36,009 nt of DNA, taken from positions 1-36,009 of the forward strand of contig JBDRNU010000009.1 of NCBI GenBank assembly GCA_043810775.1, read 5' to 3'. The DNA comes from an archaeon (GTDB taxonomy: Archaea > Nanobdellota > Nanobdellia > Pacearchaeales > GW2011-AR1). A program made the position numbers and the translations under genes. Shown piece after piece: positions 8,825 to 18,072 of this stretch (position 1 is its first letter; every line of letters starts with the position of its first letter). The notes beneath the pieces were generated by a model that saw only the letters and a list, made by a program, of their open reading frames with translations, was not told the DNA's origin and did no database searches.

Positions 8825-9184
8825 ATGTATTCTTTACCACAAGAAATTGAAGTCTGGTATATTATACCTGCAATAAGAAGAGATCTTGCTAAAGAGCTTA
8901 CTCAGACATACCATTTAACCTTTGAACAAACAGGAAATTTACTTGGAGTCAGCAAAGCTGCAATTTCACAATATCTTAAAAATAAAAGAGCTAAAATGTG
9001 CAAATTCCCAGATAGTGTAAAAAAAGAGATTGTAAAGTCAGCTAAAATTATTAATAAAGATAATAAGAAAGCTGTTCATGAAATTATGAGAATTATAGAA
9101 ATTATGAAAAAAGGCAAGTGCTCATGTGAAATTTGCAAGAAATATAATAGGGGAATAATAGAGTATTGCAATAAAAGCTGCTGA
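8825..9184 (+). CDS. HTH transcriptional regulator (archaeal COG2522-like) with Cys-rich C-terminus
   Basis: PQEIEVWYIIPAIRRDLAKEL, LLGVSKAAISQYLKNKRA, C-terminal CSCEIC...YC. Confidence 0.82.
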   Translation: MYSLPQEIEVWYIIPAIRRDLAKELTQTYHLTFEQTGNLLGVSKAAISQYLKNKRAKMCKFPDSVKKEIVKSAKIINKDNKKAVHEIMRIIEIMKKGKCSCEICKKYNRGIIEYCNKSC

Positions 9185-9185
9185 A

Positions 9186-9356
9186 ATGAAAGTTAAAATT
9201 TGCCCAAAGTGCGATAATAGTGACCTTATTATGGTAGCTGGGGGAGAGTTTGGCTTATGGGAGTGCAAGAAGTGCGGATTTAGAGGGTCATTATTTCCTG
9301 AAAAGGAAATTATTTTTAAGAAAAAAACTAAACGCAGAATTTCAAAGAAAATATGA
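9186..9356 (+). CDS. Small zinc-ribbon protein (56 aa; absent from the ORF track)
   Basis: MKVKICPKCDNSDLIMVAGGEFGLWECKKCGFRGSLFPE...; two CxxC pairs; stop overlaps the iscS start (ATGA). Confidence 0.78.
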   Translation: MKVKICPKCDNSDLIMVAGGEFGLWECKKCGFRGSLFPEKEIIFKKKTKRRISKKI

Positions 9357-10483
9357 AAGTATATCTAGATAATGCTGCCAGCACAAAAGTAGACGCGGAA
9401 GTAGTTGATGCCCTGCTTCCTTTTTTCAGCAGGGATTATGGAAATGCATCAAGCTTGCATGATGCTGGAAAAAACGCAAGAGAAGCAATTGAAAAATCAA
9501 GGGAAATAATTGCTAAATTTTTAAAAGTTAGCCCGGATGAGATAATTTTTACTTCTGGTGGAACTGAATCAGATAATCTGGCAATAAAAGGTGTTGCTGA
9601 AGCAAATCCTAGCAAGAAACATATTATAACTAGTAAAATAGAGCATCCAGCAGTACTAGAAACTTGCAAAGAACTAGAAAGAAAGGGATATAGAGTTGAT
9701 TATATTTCAGTAGATAAAGAAGGAATAGTTAATTTTAGTGAGATTGAAGAGAAAATAACCAAAGATACCTTAATTGTGAGTATAATGCATGTAAATAATG
9801 AGATTGGAAGTATTCAGCCAATTGAAGAAATAGGGGAGATATGCAGAAAAAAAAGTGTTTATTTTCATACTGATGCTGTACAAAGCTTCGGCAAGCTTAA
9901 TATAAATATGAAAAATATTGATTTGCTGAGTGTCAGCGGACATAAAATTAACGGACCTAAAGGTGTGGGAACTTTGTATATAAGAAAAGGAATTAAAATT
10001 AATCCGATTATATCTGGGGGCAAGCATGAAAAGGGAATGAGAGCTGGAACTGAAAATGTTCCTGGAATAGTAGGCTTAGGAAAGGCGACTGAACTTTGTG
10101 AAAAGAAGATGAATAATATTGAAAAAATAAAAAGATTAAGAGATAAACTAATTAGTGAATTACTTAAAATTAGAGGGGCTAAACTAAATGGCTCTAAAGA
10201 CAGAAGAATATTTAATAATGTAAATATCTCATTTAAAGATATTGAGGGGGAAAGCTTACTCTTATTATTATCAAAATATGGAATTTATGCAAGCACCGGA
10301 AGTGCTTGCTCAAGTCACTCGCTGAAGTCAAGCCATGTTTTAAAAGCAATAGGGGTTTCTGAGGCTGAAAGCCATGGAAGCTTAAGATTAAGCTTAGGAT
10401 TTGAAACTAGTGAAAAAGAAATTGAGTATACTATTGATAAAATTAAAGAAGCAATTGAAAAACTAAGGAGAATAGCTGGTTAA
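9353..10483 (+). CDS. iscS: Cysteine desulfurase (IscS/NifS)
   Basis: YLDNAAST, YGNASSLH, FTSGGTES, HTDAVQ, SGHKINGPKG (PLP Lys), STGSACSS. Confidence 0.96.
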   Translation: MKVYLDNAASTKVDAEVVDALLPFFSRDYGNASSLHDAGKNAREAIEKSREIIAKFLKVSPDEIIFTSGGTESDNLAIKGVAEANPSKKHIITSKIEHPAVLETCKELERKGYRVDYISVDKEGIVNFSEIEEKITKDTLIVSIMHVNNEIGSIQPIEEIGEICRKKSVYFHTDAVQSFGKLNINMKNIDLLSVSGHKINGPKGVGTLYIRKGIKINPIISGGKHEKGMRAGTENVPGIVGLGKATELCEKKMNNIEKIKRLRDKLISELLKIRGAKLNGSKDRRIFNNVNISFKDIEGESLLLLLSKYGIYASTGSACSSHSLKSSHVLKAIGVSEAESHGSLRLSLGFETSEKEIEYTIDKIKEAIEKLRRIAG

Positions 10484-10484
10484 T

Positions 10485-11069
10485 ATGGAAGATTTACCCA
10501 TAACAAGAGAAAAAGCAATTGAATTATTAAAAAAATACCCTCAGACAAATTCAGATTTTAATCACTATTTGGAAAGTGAAGCTGTAATGAGAAAACTTGC
10601 TGAGAAATTTGGAGAAAATGAAGACTACTGGGCTATGCTTGGGCTGCTTCATGATGTAGACTGGGGAATTACAAGAGAAAATATTGAAGAGCATTTGACA
10701 AAAGCTCCAGAAATTTTAAAAGAAGCGGGATTTGATGATAAATTTATTGATATAGTGCTTTCACACGGTTATGGGTTTGAACTTCCTGGATTAAAAGACA
10801 AGGAAAGGAAAGAGAAAGTGGAGTTCTGTTTAGCAGCTGCGGAAACTATAACAGGATTAATTTATGCGTATGCTTTAATGAGAAGCAAAAAGATAAGTGA
10901 CATGGAAGTCAAAGGACTGAGGAAGAAGTTTAAAGAGAAAAGCTTTGCTCCAACTATAAGGAGAGATATAATTATGGAAATTGAAAAAACAGGGCTTAAA
11001 TTAGATGAATTTTTTGAAATTGCAATTAATGCTATTAAAGAAATTAAGGAGGATATTGGATTAAATTAA
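10485..11069 (+). CDS. HDIG-type HD superfamily hydrolase (COG2316-like)
   Basis: NHYLESEAVMRKLA, GLLHDVDW, LSHG, ITGLIYAYAL, KKFKEKSFA. Confidence 0.85.
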   Translation: MEDLPITREKAIELLKKYPQTNSDFNHYLESEAVMRKLAEKFGENEDYWAMLGLLHDVDWGITRENIEEHLTKAPEILKEAGFDDKFIDIVLSHGYGFELPGLKDKERKEKVEFCLAAAETITGLIYAYALMRSKKISDMEVKGLRKKFKEKSFAPTIRRDIIMEIEKTGLKLDEFFEIAINAIKEIKEDIGLN

Positions 11070-11070
11070 A

Positions 11071-11652
11071 ATGTTTGAAGATATAAAAGCAATTTATAAA
11101 AATGACCCTGCAGCAAAAAATATTGAATTTCTATTATATCCAAGCTGGCATTCAATATTAGTCCATAGGTGGATAAGCCACCCTTTATACTCTATAAAAA
11201 TACCCTTTATACCTCGTTTAATTTCACAAATAATGAGATTTTTAACAGGAATTGAAATTCATCCGGGAGCAAAGATAGGAAAAGGATTTTTTATTGATCA
11301 TGGTATGGGAACGGTTATTGGTGCAACATCAGAAATTGGTAAAAACTGTGTAATGTACCATAATGTAACTCTAGGCGGAACAGGAAAAGAAGAAGGAAAG
11401 AGACATCCAACTATAGGGGATAATGTTTATATTGGGACAGGTGCAATATTGCTGGGTTCTATGAGAGTTGGCAACAATGTTAAAATAGGTGCAGACACAT
11501 TTATTATTAACAAAAATGTGCCTTCAGATTGTACTGTTGTTGGAACACCTGGCAAGATTGTATATCTAAATGGGAAGAAAGTAAATATTAAATTAAAAAC
11601 TAATGGGGGTAGAAATAAAAATGTCAAAAAAAACAAAAATAACAAAAACTAA
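11071..11652 (+). CDS. cysE: Serine O-acetyltransferase
   Basis: DPAA, TGIEIHPGAKIGKGFFIDHGMGTVIG, VTLGGTGKEEGKRHPTIG. Confidence 0.93.
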   Translation: MFEDIKAIYKNDPAAKNIEFLLYPSWHSILVHRWISHPLYSIKIPFIPRLISQIMRFLTGIEIHPGAKIGKGFFIDHGMGTVIGATSEIGKNCVMYHNVTLGGTGKEEGKRHPTIGDNVYIGTGAILLGSMRVGNNVKIGADTFIINKNVPSDCTVVGTPGKIVYLNGKKVNIKLKTNGGRNKNVKKNKNNKN

Positions 11653-11845
11653 GAAAATTTCAAATAAAACTAAATTTTCTGAAATCTTGCAGGAAAAACC
11701 AGGAGCTGCAGAAATTTTAATGGAAAGAGGAATGCACTGCATAGGATGCCCTATGTCAATGCAGGAAACTTTGGAGCAGGGATGCAAGGCGCATGGGATG
11801 ACAGACAAGGAAATAAAGAAAGTAGTTGATGAACTTAATAAATAA
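11621..11845 (+). CDS. DUF1858 / hybrid-cluster-associated redox disulfide domain protein
   Basis: GMHCIGCPMSMQETLEQGCKAHG; ATG at 11621 follows the GGGGGT SD. Confidence 0.85.
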   Translation: MSKKTKITKTKKISNKTKFSEILQEKPGAAEILMERGMHCIGCPMSMQETLEQGCKAHGMTDKEIKKVVDELNK

Positions 11846-12462
11846 TGAAAAAATTGATACTAACTTCAAGTGGATTAGATAATCCGAAACTTATAAAAGA
11901 ATTCCTTAATTTAATATCCAAACCTATAAATAAATTGAAAATTCTAATCATTTTTGGAGTTAAAACTAAAGAAGAAAGATTTTATGTAGAAGAAAGCATA
12001 AAAGAATTAATAAAAATAGGGATTAATAAAGAAAATATATTTGAAGTAAATATTAATAAAGATGTAATTGTAAAAAGTTATAAAGGGTTTGAAGTTATTT
12101 ATTTTTGTGGGGGAAATACTTATTATCTTTTAGATAGAATAAGAAAAACTGGAATTGATAAATTGATTAAGAATTCAGTTAAAAAAGGAATTTTATATTT
12201 AGGTGTAAGTGCTGGAAGTATTATTGCAGGAAAATCTATTGAAATTGCTGGTTGGGGAATTGAAGGAGATATAAATGAGGTTAACTTAAAAAATTTAAGC
12301 GGTTTAAAATTTACTAATATTGCTATCTTTCCACATTATAAGGATAAATTAAAAAAAGAAGTTATTGAATTTAAAGCTAAAGTCGACTATCCTGTTAAGG
12401 CATTGAGGGATGGCGAATCAATAGTTATCATTGGAAATATGATTAAGGAGTTAAAATGGTAG
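11845..12462 (+). CDS. Peptidase S51 (dipeptidase E-like)
   Basis: IYFCGGNTYYLL, YLGVSAGSI, IFPHY. Confidence 0.88.
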   Translation: MKKLILTSSGLDNPKLIKEFLNLISKPINKLKILIIFGVKTKEERFYVEESIKELIKIGINKENIFEVNINKDVIVKSYKGFEVIYFCGGNTYYLLDRIRKTGIDKLIKNSVKKGILYLGVSAGSIIAGKSIEIAGWGIEGDINEVNLKNLSGLKFTNIAIFPHYKDKLKKEVIEFKAKVDYPVKALRDGESIVIIGNMIKELKW

Positions 12463-12839
12463 AATATTCAAAAAAAGTGATGGAAAATTTTTTCCATCCC
12501 AAAAATATGGGGAAAATCAAAGATGCAGATGGAATTGGCAGAGTTGGAAACCCTACTTGCGGTGATATTATGACTGTATATATTAAAGTAGGAAAAAGGG
12601 AAAACGAAGAATATATAAAGGATATTAAGTTTCAAACACTAGGATGTGCAGCTGCAATAGCCACATCTTCAATGATAACTCAACTAGCTAAGGGAAAATC
12701 GCTAAATGAGGCTAGTAAGATTAGTAGAGATGATGTTGCTAAGAATCTTAAGGGATTACCACCTATTAAGATGCATTGTTCAAATTTAGCTGCTGATGCT
12801 CTTAAAGATGCTATTCATCAATATAAGACAAAGAACTGA
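12456..12839 (+). CDS. iscU: Fe-S cluster scaffold IscU/NifU
   Basis: HPKNMG, GNPTCGD, FQTLGCAAAIATSS, LPPIKMHCSNLA. Confidence 0.96.
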   Translation: MVEYSKKVMENFFHPKNMGKIKDADGIGRVGNPTCGDIMTVYIKVGKRENEEYIKDIKFQTLGCAAAIATSSMITQLAKGKSLNEASKISRDDVAKNLKGLPPIKMHCSNLAADALKDAIHQYKTKN

Positions 12840-12856
12840 AAGGAGGCTGATTTAAA

Positions 12857-13192
12857 ATGGCAAAAAAAGGAGGAAGTGAACTAGGTAAATGGGCTTTTTT
12901 AGTGGGAGTTATTTTAGCTGTAATTTTACCTTTGTTTGGACCATTATCCCAAGGCATGCTTATTGCTTTAGTGATAATTGGTATAGTCGTAGGTCTACTT
13001 AATATAGCTGATGAAGAAGCAATGCCTTTCCTATTGTCTGGAGTGGCTTTAGTTATTGTAGCTTCAATGGGCAGTGGGGTTTTATCAATTGTGTCTTTAT
13101 TTGACAAGATACTTAATGCATTACTAGTTATATTTGTGCCTGCAACTGTAATTGTAGCTATTAAGAATGTATTTTCTTTAGCTAAACGCTGA
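12857..13192 (+). CDS. Small multi-TM membrane protein
   Basis: Four hydrophobic segments (LGKWAFLVG, VGLLNI, IFVPAT); GGAGG SD upstream. Confidence 0.8.
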   Translation: MAKKGGSELGKWAFLVGVILAVILPLFGPLSQGMLIALVIIGIVVGLLNIADEEAMPFLLSGVALVIVASMGSGVLSIVSLFDKILNALLVIFVPATVIVAIKNVFSLAKR

Positions 13193-13200
13193 AAGGGTAT

Positions 13201-13246
13201 TTAGTTTTGAATTTTTTCCCTTTTCTTTTTTTTATTTATATTTTTA
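13201..13246 (+). terminator. Oligo-T tract, putative archaeal terminator
   Basis: Runs such as TTTTCTTTTTTTTATTT immediately after the end of the Fe-S operon. Confidence 0.45.
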
Positions 13247-13279
13247 TTAAGATATTAGTGTTTGGAGTAACTAAAATCA

Positions 13280-13457
13280 AAAAAACCCTTTAGTTTACCA
13301 ACACTTAAAAGTGTTGGTTTGTTCGTTGGGTTTTTAGGATGCCAAGAAAACTGGAGGTTTTCGGGCACAGAAAATTGCAAAATTCAAAACAATTTTCTTG
13401 TGCTCCAAAATTGGAACAAGTAAATTTAAAGAGACCACACCTTAAAAGTGAGTGGTT
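13280..13457. repeat. Array of inverted repeats
   Basis: CCAACACT-TAAA-AGTGTTGG within an AAAAACCC/GGGTTTTT outer stem; GAAAAC-TGGAG-GTTTTC; GCACAGAAAATTG...CAATTTTCTTGTGC; second CTTAAAAGTG hairpin at 13441. Confidence 0.6.
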
Positions 13458-13464
13458 TCAATTT

Positions 13465-14064
13465 ATGGACATGAGATTTTCGCAAAAAGAAATTAAAGAT
13501 TTGTTTTTCGCGTGGATAATTATTTCTCTAGCTTTTGCTATATTATTTTCAGGTGGATTAAACTTTTTTAGTTCAATTAATAAATTTATTATTACCCTGG
13601 GGATTTCAGCATTTACTGTTGGAGTGGGATTTTTAGCTCATGAACTAATGCATAAGTACTATGCTCAAAAGTACAGATGCTGGGCTGAATTTAGAGCTTT
13701 TTATAATATGCTCTGGCTTGCATTAGTATTTTCCTTGTTTGGATTTATATTTGCAGCTCCAGGAGCAGTAGTAATTAGGGGTTACTTAAATAAGAGGCAA
13801 AACGGCATAATTTCCTTAGCTGGCCCTGCAACGAATATTGTTTTAGCAGTTATATTCTTAGTTCCCTTATTTATATTAAGACCTGAGGGGATACTGAATC
13901 TTTTTTTCAGCTACGGCTTGACTATTAATGCTTTACTTGCGCTATTTAATATGATTCCAGTAGCTCCGTTTGATGGGGGTAAAATTTATAACTGGAATAA
14001 AACTATATATACTATCAGCATTTTATTAGCATTAGGCTTATTTATCTTAAGCTTTATTTTATAA
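13465..14064 (+). CDS. Site-2 protease (peptidase M50)
   Basis: LAHELMH, ISLAGPATN, FNMIPVAPFDGGK; multiple TMs. Start probably 13465 or 13471 rather than 13339. Confidence 0.9.
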   Translation: MDMRFSQKEIKDLFFAWIIISLAFAILFSGGLNFFSSINKFIITLGISAFTVGVGFLAHELMHKYYAQKYRCWAEFRAFYNMLWLALVFSLFGFIFAAPGAVVIRGYLNKRQNGIISLAGPATNIVLAVIFLVPLFILRPEGILNLFFSYGLTINALLALFNMIPVAPFDGGKIYNWNKTIYTISILLALGLFILSFIL

Positions 14065-14117
14065 ACATCAAAAAAATTTTTCAAAAACTTCAAAAATTAA
14101 ACTTGAAAATTTATGAT

Positions 14118-14357
14118 ATGACAAAAGAAAAGAAAATAATTGTGTACTCAACACCAACTTGTCCTTGGTGCCATAGGGTGAAAGACTGGCTTAAAGAGAA
14201 AAAGATAAAATTTGAAGATATTGACGTATCTGTAAATGAAGAAAAGGCAAGAGAGATGGTTAAAAAGTCAGGGCAAATGGGAGTTCCTGTTATTGAAATT
14301 GATGGAAAGATGATTGTAGGCTTTGACAAAGATAGAATAGAAGAGGCTTTAAAATAA
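14118..14357 (+). CDS. Glutaredoxin-like protein (NrdH/YruB family)
   Basis: YSTPTCPWC, SGQMGVPVI, IVGFD; ATG at 14118. Confidence 0.93.
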   Translation: MTKEKKIIVYSTPTCPWCHRVKDWLKEKKIKFEDIDVSVNEEKAREMVKKSGQMGVPVIEIDGKMIVGFDKDRIEEALK

Positions 14358-14372
14358 GATCCAGCAGTATAT

Positions 14373-14813
14373 ATGCAAGAGTTTATTGAAAGTTTAATGC
14401 AAGAGCATGAAAGTATTGAAAGAGAGCTGGTAGAATTAGAGACAATAATGCAGAGTAGAATTCTAAATTATCCAAATTTAATTCATGTATTTAAGAAGTT
14501 AAGGAATATTTGGGACCATCATGAGGAAAAAGAGGAAAAAGTTTTTCCGCAGCTAAGAAAACAAAGATTACTAGTTTCTATTGAAAAAATGATATTTGCA
14601 CATCAAAGCCTTAGGCCCCATAAAGATGCCATAACTCATGCAATTAATGCAGGCAATGATTTTGAAATAAGAAGAACTTTAAATGTCAATGGAAAGGTGA
14701 TAATTGAAAAGTTAAGAGAACATATTAAGAATGAAGAAGATGAACTATTTACAGCTGTATTAGACAGTTATTCATTAGAAGATTTAACTACAATTTGGGC
14801 GTCAATTGATTAG
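14373..14813 (+). CDS. Hemerythrin-like (HHE) domain protein
   Basis: LMQEH, HHEEKEEKVFP, AH, EHIKNEEDELF: the H-HxxxE-H-HxxxE pattern. Confidence 0.8.
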   Translation: MQEFIESLMQEHESIERELVELETIMQSRILNYPNLIHVFKKLRNIWDHHEEKEEKVFPQLRKQRLLVSIEKMIFAHQSLRPHKDAITHAINAGNDFEIRRTLNVNGKVIIEKLREHIKNEEDELFTAVLDSYSLEDLTTIWASID

Positions 14814-15676
14814 CGTTTTTTCTTTTTAGAAGTTCTTTTTATAACTTTTTCTTTCATTATTTTGACTTTTCTGTAAATGATTATAGTTAAGATAAGTATA
14901 ACTATCAGGACAATTAAGAAAAATACTACAAACCATGTATCTACTGTTACTGGACCGAAAATAGGGAAGTCTATTATTGCTATTCTTTCTTCACACTCTC
15001 TTTTTTCAATTTTCAAATCCTCACACTCATTATTATCTATACACTGCCTCTGCTGTATGCTATTTTTGCAAGATGACCATTCTGAACAAGACCAGTCTGC
15101 AATGCAAATGTCAAATTCAGAGTCATCTAAAACATTGGTACAGCCAGGGTCGCCTAGAAAATCTATTTTGCCATCATTATCATTGTCAATTCCGTCATTG
15201 CACTCCCTAGGGGGAAACTGCTTTTCTTTATCTCCCCCAATATGCTCAATTGGAGGAGGTTCATAAGAAGTGCATAAAGATTCATTAAAATAACAATTAG
15301 CTGTGCAGTTAAGAATACCAGAATTATATCCTAGAGTAATACAAGTTTGATTATTTAGATTGATTAAGTCACATTCTTCACCAGGATTTACATTACTATC
15401 CCCACAATAGTATTTAATTTGAAATGTTCCAGAAACATCAAAAGCTAAAACTAACTCTAAATCTGATTTAAAAAAATCAAAAATCTTTTTAAAAAAATTT
15501 TTTATGTATTCAAAAAAGCCCGGTTTTTCTAATTCTTGAGGCTGGTTGAGAGTATCATTACCTTCAATAACTTCACCTGTTATTACAAATCTGCCTGTTA
15601 CTGTCCTGGCTGAAATAGGCACAATTAGCATTATTAAAAATACAACTAAAAATAATGAAAAAAGCAGTATTCTCAT
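14810..15676 (-). CDS. Secreted, C-terminally anchored Cys-rich surface protein
   Basis: Signal peptide; CGDSNVNPGEECD disulfide repeat; CNDGIDNDNDGKIDFLGDPGC Ca-binding-like repeat; WSCSEWSSC TSP1-like segment; C-terminal TM plus basic tail. Confidence 0.8.
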   Translation of the reverse strand: MRILLFSLFLVVFLIMLIVPISARTVTGRFVITGEVIEGNDTLNQPQELEKPGFFEYIKNFFKKIFDFFKSDLELVLAFDVSGTFQIKYYCGDSNVNPGEECDLINLNNQTCITLGYNSGILNCTANCYFNESLCTSYEPPPIEHIGGDKEKQFPPRECNDGIDNDNDGKIDFLGDPGCTNVLDDSEFDICIADWSCSEWSSCKNSIQQRQCIDNNECEDLKIEKRECEERIAIIDFPIFGPVTVDTWFVVFFLIVLIVILILTIIIYRKVKIMKEKVIKRTSKKKKR

Positions 15677-15677
15677 T

Positions 15678-16205
15678 TTATTTACTTTTTCTTTTTCTGT
15701 ACAAATAGATTACTATTATTGCTAGAAGTATTATGATAACTATTGATAAAATTACTATTATTGGAAGATAGTAACTTGGTTTTATAGGTTCATATAAATT
15801 TTGTTTTGACCTTTCTGAAACTGCAGTTACTGTAATTGGCAGCCCGCAAGTATTAAGGGGAATTGTTGTTCCTCCTATACCTATAGGCTCACATAACATA
15901 CAAAAACGATGTTCATACTGTCCGTATGGAGCATCCTTAGATAGAGCCACTTGGCCTTCAATATTAAATCTCTGGTATTGACCTATAGTGTAGTTTGGTT
16001 CAAGTGTTATTGCCAGGTATTCATTAGGACCAATATCTGGAGTACATATTACATCAGTATGCTCTGAAGCTATTTTTAAGATAAATCCAGTTGTTTCTCC
16101 TGGTTTTAGCTCCATATTCTGCGGCTGAGGAACATACACTGCTGTTGAACTTGCTAAGCTAACTAAGAAAAATGCACAAAGCAATATTAAGATTGTTTTT
16201 TTCAT
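15678..16205 (-). CDS. Membrane-anchored Ig-like surface protein (DUF916/PapD-like pattern)
   Basis: Signal peptide MKKTILILL, ELKPGETTGFILKI, SKDAPYGQY, C-terminal TM plus RKRKSK. Confidence 0.65.
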   Translation of the reverse strand: MKKTILILLCAFFLVSLASSTAVYVPQPQNMELKPGETTGFILKIASEHTDVICTPDIGPNEYLAITLEPNYTIGQYQRFNIEGQVALSKDAPYGQYEHRFCMLCEPIGIGGTTIPLNTCGLPITVTAVSERSKQNLYEPIKPSYYLPIIVILSIVIIILLAIIVIYLYRKRKSK

Positions 16206-16206
16206 T

Positions 16207-18033
16207 TTATACAACATCAATAGTAATAGTTATTCTTGTTTCATAGGTTCCTGGCTCTAAACCAAGTGGAGGCATTATATGAAAATAAGTATTAAGAGTT
16301 TCATCTAGAGAAGGATTATTACAAGACATTACATCACAAACATCTAATCCTCCAGCAGGGAAAAATGGCACGTCAACTGGAGATTCTAAAATATTTGAAG
16401 AGGCTAATCCAATGTCTTCAAATAAGGCAGAATCATCATCAATTGAAAAGTTCGAGTCAGCTGACAGATCCCAACAGGTTGTATTGCTTGGACTGCAATC
16501 TCCCCCAGGTCCATCTAAAATAGGATCTTCTGCTGTCCAGTTAAGATTTAGAGCTACGTTTCCTGAATTATTTAGGTAAGATAAACATGTTCCGTTATTC
16601 CAGCTACCAAGCTGGACATCATCGCCACCACATTCAATTGGGTCTCCCAAGTCAACTGAAATTGGATAAGCTATACCATATAAAGGAGCATAGGTCCAGT
16701 TATAATTAAATAATAAGGTTGAGATTCCTGCTTGGCTTGAAGCATTTAGATATAATTTATAATCTTGAGGAGCTCTAAAAAATTCTATTCCCCTTGAATC
16801 TCCTGCTGGTATTGAAACTGAGAAATTGCAGAGCGTGCCAGAAGATGCTGAAAAAATAAGAGGATATGTAAAATTTGCACTTCCAGATAAGCAGGATTGT
16901 GGTGACGATGCATCAATCAGACATAGGGCTGCAGAAGCACCATGAATTACAGCTGAACAGTCACCATCAGTGTCATTAAATTCATAAATAATATTTACTG
17001 GAGCATAAGACTCTGACTCAGGATAGAGAAGACAGTACTGAGCTGCTTTTGTGCAGGTTACTTCATCTCCTGGAACATCCCCTATATAAACATCAGAAAA
17101 TTGAGGCAGATAATCAACTAGCTCAAAGAATGTATCATTAGAAGTAGAGTTTATTCCAAAATTATCTGTTGACCAGAGTCTTGTATAGGTAGTTGTTCTT
17201 GCATCTACTGCTCCTGGAGTTCCCCATGGAATTGGATTAGTGACTGTTGCTTGAGGATTAGCTAGTAAATAAGCTACTAGATATTCTTGTGCTCCTGGAG
17301 TTGCTCCAACATAAGCATTATAATTTAGAGTATCAGCTGGCCAGTGATCTTGACTTCCATCATCAGGGTCTGAACCTGTCCAGTTTATTTGAGGAGTTTG
17401 GTCGTGAGTTTCTTTCTGAACTAAGCCAGTAGGTATATTTGGCACAGAGTTTATTAGTATAAAAGAGTAAGAGTTTGTTGAGTTTTTTTGAGGAGTTCCA
17501 CTATCAGTTACATATAAATCAACATAAAATGTTTTACTGCAGAGACCAGTTACAAAGTTGCAGTCTGTATCTGAAAGTTTAATTATGTCTGTTGTTCCTG
17601 GACCAAGAGGGTCTGTACCATAAGTATAAGTTTGTGGTGAGTTTCTTGGAGAAGGAGATAGGGTATAATTAACTATTGTGCAAGCTTCGGTTGACAGGGG
17701 ATTTGAAACAGTCCCAATACAAATTCTAGTAGTTATCTGGTCTGGATTTGGATCTCTTACACGCCATCTTAGCTCTGTTGTCAGGTCGTGAGTATCTATA
17801 GGAGCAGAAGAATCCCAATTTGAACTGCCATCTCTAACTTCATATGAATCTGTATAAGGCGGCTCATTTGCCACCCTAAACCTACCTGTTGAAGTTTGCT
17901 GAGATAAAACTAGGTATGAAGAAATAATAATTATGATAAAACATAGTGCAATCACCTTCCTGCCAGAAATCCTTGATTTCTGGACACTATCAAAAAAGTT
18001 ACCACTCTCACTCCTCTTTTTTGAAGTTTTCAT
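16207..18033 (-). CDS. Large secreted beta-rich, Cys-containing surface protein
   Basis: Signal peptide, two THDxT..W..xDP Ig-like repeats, many N-x-S/T sequons; C-terminal half paralogous to the next gene; ends PGTYETRITITIDVV. Confidence 0.8.
   Translation of the reverse strand: MKTSKKRSESGNFFDSVQKSRISGRKVIALCFIIIIISSYLVLSQQTSTGRFRVANEPPYTDSYEVRDGSSNWDSSAPIDTHDLTTELRWRVRDPNPDQITTRICIGTVSNPLSTEACTIVNYTLSPSPRNSPQTYTYGTDPLGPGTTDIIKLSDTDCNFVTGLCSKTFYVDLYVTDSGTPQKNSTNSYSFILINSVPNIPTGLVQKETHDQTPQINWTGSDPDDGSQDHWPADTLNYNAYVGATPGAQEYLVAYLLANPQATVTNPIPWGTPGAVDARTTTYTRLWSTDNFGINSTSNDTFFELVDYLPQFSDVYIGDVPGDEVTCTKAAQYCLLYPESESYAPVNIIYEFNDTDGDCSAVIHGASAALCLIDASSPQSCLSGSANFTYPLIFSASSGTLCNFSVSIPAGDSRGIEFFRAPQDYKLYLNASSQAGISTLLFNYNWTYAPLYGIAYPISVDLGDPIECGGDDVQLGSWNNGTCLSYLNNSGNVALNLNWTAEDPILDGPGGDCSPSNTTCWDLSADSNFSIDDDSALFEDIGLASSNILESPVDVPFFPAGGLDVCDVMSCNNPSLDETLNTYFHIMPPLGLEPGTYETRITITIDVV
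17963..17983. repeat. Hairpin element in-frame inside CDS
   Basis: CCAGAAATC-CTT-GATTTCTGG, a perfect 9-bp stem of the same form as 5295-5315. Confidence 0.65.
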
Positions 18034-18072
18034 AATATATTCTTGTTAAAGTATTATTTAAATATTTCTATA

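Noticed and set aside
13339-13464. N-terminal extension of the M50 protease ORF
   Set aside because: Runs through the hairpin array and has no family resemblance; a downstream ATG fits better.
15465-15505. A/T tracts encoding KNFFKKIFDFFK as another hairpin-family copy
   Set aside because: No clean 8-9-bp stem; explained by an amphipathic Lys/Phe-rich helix.
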